Part shown: piece after piece, positions 7,049-10,808 of the stretch
How positions within the stretch are numbered: position 1 is the stretch's first letter
How the letters are laid out: each line of letters begins with the position of its first letter
From: Thermotogota bacterium
GTDB lineage: Bacteria; Thermotogota; Thermotogae; Petrotogales; Kosmotogaceae
Assembly (NCBI GenBank): GCA_034660555.1
Contig: JAYEJL010000112.1
Location: 1 to 10,808 of the forward strand
DNA length: 10,808 nt
Direction: 5' to 3'
Notes under the pieces: generated by a model
Told to the model about the DNA's origin: nothing
Databases searched by the model: none
Seen by the model: the letters and a program-made list of their open reading frames with translations, nothing else
Made by a program: the position numbers and the translations under genes

Positions 7049-8029
7049 TTAGTATTTCCATGTTTTTATCCAGGCTTCAAGATCTTCAGTAATCTCGTTA
7101 CTGTCAAACTTCTGTATTTCACTAATAATAGAAATAGAGTTAAAGGGTAGTCCTTTTAACAGACTGGAAATTCCCTCTATAGTATCTGCATCCATTGCAT
7201 CTGAATAAACCTTGCATTGCTTTATTTTACCCGATTTTATTGTAAGTCCAATTTCTACTTCTCCCCATTCAAAGCGTTTTTCATGCACTACATCAAAATC
7301 AGGAGATTTACCAAAAATCCACTCTTTTGATGAGTATCTATCGTAATAATTTTTAAAGGTCTCTGTTTCATACAAATCACTTATGGTCTTTTTTTCAGAT
7401 ACAACTTCGTTTTCTTTATTAAATGACTTTATAAGTGCTTCCTTCATCATCTCCACAGTAAGATCCTGCTTAAGTGTTTTCAGATTTATTACCCTTGACT
7501 TCACTGACTTTACACCCTTTGATTTCATTTTTGCTTTTGATACCTGAAGATAATCAGAAAGCTTTTCGAAGTTTGTATCGATCAAAATGGTTCCATGATG
7601 CATTGCCTTTCCTCTGCTACTGTAAAAAGCATTCCCGGAGAATTTTCTACCTTCAGCAAGAATATCATTCCTTCCACTGAACTCTGCATTTATTCCCAGT
7701 GAATTGACAGCATTTACTATTACCTTAAGTTGTTTATGAACGTTATAAACACTTTTTGGAGCTATGAAGGTAAAATTAAGATTTCCCATGTCATGATATA
7801 CAGCTCCGCCACCTGAAGGACGTCTTGAAAGATGGCCACCTTCCTTGAGAAACTTTTCAACACGACACTCACGCCACGCGTTCTGATTCCTTCCAATAAC
7901 GATGGTGTTATCGTTTTGCCAGAGATAAAGATAAAACTCATCATCGTTAAGTAAATCAAAAAGAGCACTTTCTATAGCCAGATTGATCCAGGGATTGTTC
8001 TTATCGGCAATATAAACAAAAGCGTTCAT
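7049..8029 (-). CDS. lplA: Lipoate-protein ligase A
   Basis: NPWINLAIE, LWQN..TIVIGRNQNAW.E, RRPSGGGAVYHDMGNLNFTF, GRNDI, RKFSGNA, HHGT, KGVKSVKSRV, W.FGKSP.F, plus the C-terminal LplA domain. Confidence 0.95.
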   Translation of the reverse strand: MNAFVYIADKNNPWINLAIESALFDLLNDDEFYLYLWQNDNTIVIGRNQNAWRECRVEKFLKEGGHLSRRPSGGGAVYHDMGNLNFTFIAPKSVYNVHKQLKVIVNAVNSLGINAEFSGRNDILAEGRKFSGNAFYSSRGKAMHHGTILIDTNFEKLSDYLQVSKAKMKSKGVKSVKSRVINLKTLKQDLTVEMMKEALIKSFNKENEVVSEKKTISDLYETETFKNYYDRYSSKEWIFGKSPDFDVVHEKRFEWGEVEIGLTIKSGKIKQCKVYSDAMDADTIEGISSLLKGLPFNSISIISEIQKFDSNEITEDLEAWIKTWKY

Positions 8030-8061
8030 GGGATCACTTCCTTATAGTTTTATTTGTAATT

Positions 8062-8070
8062 AATATAGCA
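8062..8070 (-). promoter_or_regulatory. Candidate extended -10 promoter (TGCTATATT) for lplA
   Basis: TGnTATATT on the minus strand, about 32 nt upstream of the lplA ATG. Confidence 0.4.
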
Positions 8071-8223
8071 TACAGAGAAAATTAGTTTCAGTCTTATGAT
8101 TCACATGATAAAATTTGACTGTAATTAAATTCCTTTCTGTTTGTATATTTTTCTGGGTTAGTAAACACGATATTCATTAACTGATATACCAGATATAATT
8201 CTTAAGAGTGAGGGAGTGATTAA

Positions 8224-9558
8224 ATGTTAAAAAATGATTTTCCGAAAGATTTTTTCTGGGGGACAACGACCGCTTCTTACCAGATTGAAGGAGCGGATCT
8301 TGAAGATGGTAAAGGCCCTTCTATATGGACAGAGTTTACACATAAACCAGGTAATATCAATAATGGCGAAAATGGAGATGTAGCATGCGATCATTATCAT
8401 CGTTTTGAAGATGACATAGAAATGATGAAAGAGCTGGGAGTTAATGCATACAGATTTTCTCTCTCATGGCCAAGGATCTTTCCTGAAGGTAGAGGCAAAG
8501 TTAATCAGAAAGGTGTTGACTTTTACAACAAACTTATTGATGAATTACTTGCAAAGAATATTACACCTTTCATAACACTATATCACTGGGACCTTCCATT
8601 AAAGCTTCAACAGGATATTAATGGATGGGAGAACAGGGATACTGTAAATTATTTTGCAGATTATGCAGCTTTTGCCTTTGAAAAATTTGGTGATAGGGTA
8701 AAATACTGGATAACGCTTAACGAACCTTTCTGTGCTTCGCATACCAGTTATTTCTTTGGGGAACATGCCCCTGGATTAAACGATCCAAAAAAATCTTTTC
8801 AGGTTGCTCATCATCTTCTACTGGCACACGGTGAATCCGTTTCACGTTTCAGAAAAATTGTTAAAGATGGAAAGGTAGGACTCACAAATGTTTCAACATG
8901 GGTTGAAAAGGCTAACGACAGTGTTACTGACGAAGCTGTTGCCCTTGCTAATCAATTTACTAATGATTGGTTTTATCTTCCACCCGCAAAGGGGAAATAT
9001 CCCGATGAATTCTGCAAATTCCTCGAATCTCTTAATCTCGCACCAAATGTGAAACCAGGTGACATGGAAATTATAAGCAATCCAATAGACTTCTGGGGAG
9101 TAAATTACTACACCAGACAGCGTATTGAGAAAAAACCAGATTCATTTTTTGGCTACGATGTTGCTGATCCTGTTCTTGAAACTACAGAAATGGGTTGGGA
9201 AATCTACCCGGAGGGACTAACCAAATTTCTCAAGATGGCATACCAGAGATATAACCAGAAGCCTCTTTACATAACTGAAAATGGCATGGCTGACACAGAC
9301 ACAGTATATGAAGATAAAATACATGACAATCGCAGGATAGACTACATTGAGAAACACATTAAGGCAACCAGAGATGCCATTAACAAGGGTGTAGATATTA
9401 GAGGTTATTTTTTATGGTCCTTTATGGATAATTTTGAGTGGGCAAAGGGTTACAACAAACGTTTCGGGTTAATCTATGTCGATTATGAAAATAATCAAAG
9501 AAGAATACTCAAGGACAGTTTTTACTACTTTCGTGAATTTTTAAAAGGAAAGGTATAA
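8224..9558 (+). CDS. Glycoside hydrolase family 1 beta-glucosidase (BglA-like)
   Basis: FP.DFFWG..TASYQIEGA, DVACDHYHRF.ED, YRFSLSWPRI, TLYHWDLP, acid/base TLNEP, nucleophile ITENG, and WSFMDNFEWAKG. The NFEW motif favours beta-glucosidase over 6-phospho-beta-glucosidase. TATAAT at 8194-8199 and a purine-rich SD lie upstream. Confidence 0.95.
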   Translation: MLKNDFPKDFFWGTTTASYQIEGADLEDGKGPSIWTEFTHKPGNINNGENGDVACDHYHRFEDDIEMMKELGVNAYRFSLSWPRIFPEGRGKVNQKGVDFYNKLIDELLAKNITPFITLYHWDLPLKLQQDINGWENRDTVNYFADYAAFAFEKFGDRVKYWITLNEPFCASHTSYFFGEHAPGLNDPKKSFQVAHHLLLAHGESVSRFRKIVKDGKVGLTNVSTWVEKANDSVTDEAVALANQFTNDWFYLPPAKGKYPDEFCKFLESLNLAPNVKPGDMEIISNPIDFWGVNYYTRQRIEKKPDSFFGYDVADPVLETTEMGWEIYPEGLTKFLKMAYQRYNQKPLYITENGMADTDTVYEDKIHDNRRIDYIEKHIKATRDAINKGVDIRGYFLWSFMDNFEWAKGYNKRFGLIYVDYENNQRRILKDSFYYFREFLKGKV

Positions 9559-9591
9559 CCAAAATAATGTGGAAATGGATGCATCTTAAAA

Positions 9592-9600
9592 TGATATAAT
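9592..9600 (+). promoter_or_regulatory. Extended -10 promoter TGATATAAT for the NUDIX-hpf unit
   Basis: Perfect TGnTATAAT just upstream of SD GAGGTGA (9612-9618). Confidence 0.6.
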
Positions 9601-9622
9601 TTTTATGACCCGAGGTGAAAAA

Positions 9623-10117
9623 ATGCACCAAAAAACGAGACATATAAGTGTGCGTGGTGTTATTTTCAATAAAAACAGCGTTTTAGTCGTTAAACATGCT
9701 CATAAAAGCAGGCAGCCTTTTTGGTGTTTTCCAGGAGGTAAGGTAGAACAAGGGGAAACTATTCCTGAAGCACTTAAGAGAGAAATAAAAGAGGAAACAA
9801 ATATTAAGATAGAACCGGGTAACATTCTATTTATTCAGGATTTCATTCATGAACACCTTCTAGAGCTGTTCTTCCGATGCGAAAAAATCTCGGGAACTGG
9901 CGAGTTAGGTTATGACCCAGAAGTGAAAGGCAGTCCAGTTTTGGTGGATATTCGCTGGGTCGATATAAATAAGCTTACAATGATGCCAGTTTATCCGCTG
10001 GCACTTTCAAAAAGAATTTCAGGTGAAATAAAAATCAGCGGTATTGCCTTTACTCAACTGTATAAAAAAGAAGAACTTAAAAAAAGCGATGAAGATTTCA
10101 ACTCGCTCAAATCCTAA
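9623..10117 (+). CDS. NUDIX hydrolase (164 aa)
   Basis: Nudix box GKVEQGETIPEALKREIKEETNI (GX5EX7REUXEE) preceded by W.FPG. Start moved from 9605 to ATG at 9623 because of SD GAGGTGA at 9612-9618. Confidence 0.9.
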   Translation: MHQKTRHISVRGVIFNKNSVLVVKHAHKSRQPFWCFPGGKVEQGETIPEALKREIKEETNIKIEPGNILFIQDFIHEHLLELFFRCEKISGTGELGYDPEVKGSPVLVDIRWVDINKLTMMPVYPLALSKRISGEIKISGIAFTQLYKKEELKKSDEDFNSLKS

Positions 10118-10129
10118 GGAGGGAATATC

Positions 10130-10678
10130 ATGGATTTCGACATTTATGCAAAGGATCTAACTGTAACAGAAGCAATGAAAAACCATCTTGAGAAAAAACT
10201 GTCAAAAGCATTCAAGATTTTTCCGGAAGATAGGTTTATTGCTATGGATGTAAGGATATCAAAAGAACGGCAGTTTTTTAAGGTTGAATTAACGGCACAT
10301 CTATCTGGTTTTGTTGTACGTGTAGAAGAGAAAGGCAATGATTTTTACCTTGTTGTTGACGCTCTTGCAAACGTATTTGAAAGGCGCCTTAAAAAGTATA
10401 AGGATCGTTCAAATGTTAAACGCAGAGCCAGTGTAAGAGAAGTTGCAGACACATTGTCAGGAAATGACAATGATTATGAAGAAGATGAAGAAGAGGGACC
10501 AACAATTTCACGAAAGAAAAAGTTTTCTATTAAACCCATGACTCTTGATGAAGCAGTATTACAAATGGAAATGCTTGGACATACCTTTTTTGTATTCAGA
10601 AATGCAGATACCGATGAAATAAACGTTTTATACACAAGGAAAAATGGTTCTCTTGGATTAATTGAAATGGAAGAATAA
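10130..10678 (+). CDS. hpf: Ribosome hibernation promoting factor, long form (HPF/RaiA, S30AE family)
   Basis: N-terminal S30AE domain (LTVTEAMKNHLEKKL, KVELT, DFY..VD...ERRLKKYK), an acidic linker, and C-terminal domain KPMTLDEAVLQMEMLGHTFFVFRN...INVLY.RK.G..GLIE. SD TAAGGAGG overlaps the NUDIX stop. Confidence 0.95.
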   Translation: MDFDIYAKDLTVTEAMKNHLEKKLSKAFKIFPEDRFIAMDVRISKERQFFKVELTAHLSGFVVRVEEKGNDFYLVVDALANVFERRLKKYKDRSNVKRRASVREVADTLSGNDNDYEEDEEEGPTISRKKKFSIKPMTLDEAVLQMEMLGHTFFVFRNADTDEINVLYTRKNGSLGLIEMEE

Positions 10679-10685
10679 AACTCTT

Positions 10686-10715
10686 AGAGAGTCACTGCGG
10701 TGGCTCTCTTGTTTC
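10686..10715 (+). terminator. Hairpin after hpf, probably a leaky intrinsic terminator or transcript-stabilising stem
   Basis: AGAGAGTCAC-tgcg-GTGGCTCTCT forms a 10-bp stem with one U.G pair, followed by only a weak U-tract (TGTTTC). Confidence 0.65.
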
Positions 10716-10731
10716 ATGGAGGTGAAAAAAG

Positions 10732-10808
10732 ATAGAAAGAAAGCAAAAAATCGTATTTAGTCATTTTGAAGAAGAGATAAGGATCGCTTTACTCAAAAAC
10801 GATACACT
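10732..10808 (+). CDS. 5' end of probable Rne/Rng (RNase E/G) family ribonuclease, apparent ATA start (partial; not in ORF track)
   Basis: The frame from 10732 reads IERKQKIVFSHFEEEIRIALLKNDTL, resembling the RNase E/G N-terminal pattern (..I.I....EE.R.A....G.L). SD GGAGGTG at 10718-10724. Only about 26 codons are visible. Confidence 0.65.
   Translation, partial: MERKQKIVFSHFEEEIRIALLKNDT

Noticed and set aside
7474..7968. ORFs 7474-7680 (+) and 7762-7968 (-)
   Set aside because: Both are nested within intact lplA and have no supporting signals.
10144..10338. 64-aa minus-strand ORF
   Set aside because: It is an antisense shadow of hpf.
10725..10731. A_AAA_AAG heptamer as a programmed -1 frameshift site
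   Set aside because: The heptamer is already phased to the downstream frame and is preceded by a stop. Entry from the ATG/GTG frame would need a +1 shift, not -1.
10716..10760. 14-aa Lys-rich mini-ORF MEVKKDRKKAKNRI as a leader peptide
   Set aside because: It has no SD, its ATG abuts the hairpin, and its codons are explained by the SD, the A-rich spacer and the overlapping RNase-like frame. It is kept only as an alternative in the ATA finding.
1..10808. CRISPR array, tRNA/rRNA, IS element, prophage or integron
   Set aside because: All intergenic gaps are under 300 nt, with no regularly spaced repeats, cloverleaf, terminal inverted repeats, or transposase/integrase ORFs visible.

Overview
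Gene-dense, AT-rich bacterial chromosomal segment. It is most likely Thermotogota, because the SIS protein and GH1 closely resemble Thermotoga NagB-II and BglA as I recall them. Gene order: [partial PadR regulator <-] [HD hydrolase <-] [PolX-PHP <-] [atypical Fpg/Nei glycosylase <-] [SIS-domain NagB-II/GlmD-like ->] [orphan ABC-2 permease ->] [EamA/DMT <-] [LplA <-] [GH1 beta-glucosidase ->] [NUDIX ->] [long HPF ->] hairpin [partial RNase E/G-like ORF ->]. Both edge genes are absent from the ORF track. I found no RNA genes, CRISPR arrays or mobile elements. The main points of interest are: (1) a tightly coupled Fpg-variant + catalytically intact PolX pair that looks like a self-contained base-excision-repair cassette; (2) an Fpg with a short lesion-capping loop, altered wedge residues and a C3H zinc finger; (3) an RNase E/G-like gene whose best available start is a non-canonical ATA behind a perfect Shine-Dalgarno, in a NUDIX-hpf-RNase cluster; (4) a perfect 10-bp inverted repeat wrapped around the TATAAT box of the padR promoter. 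All functional links are inference; no searches were run.
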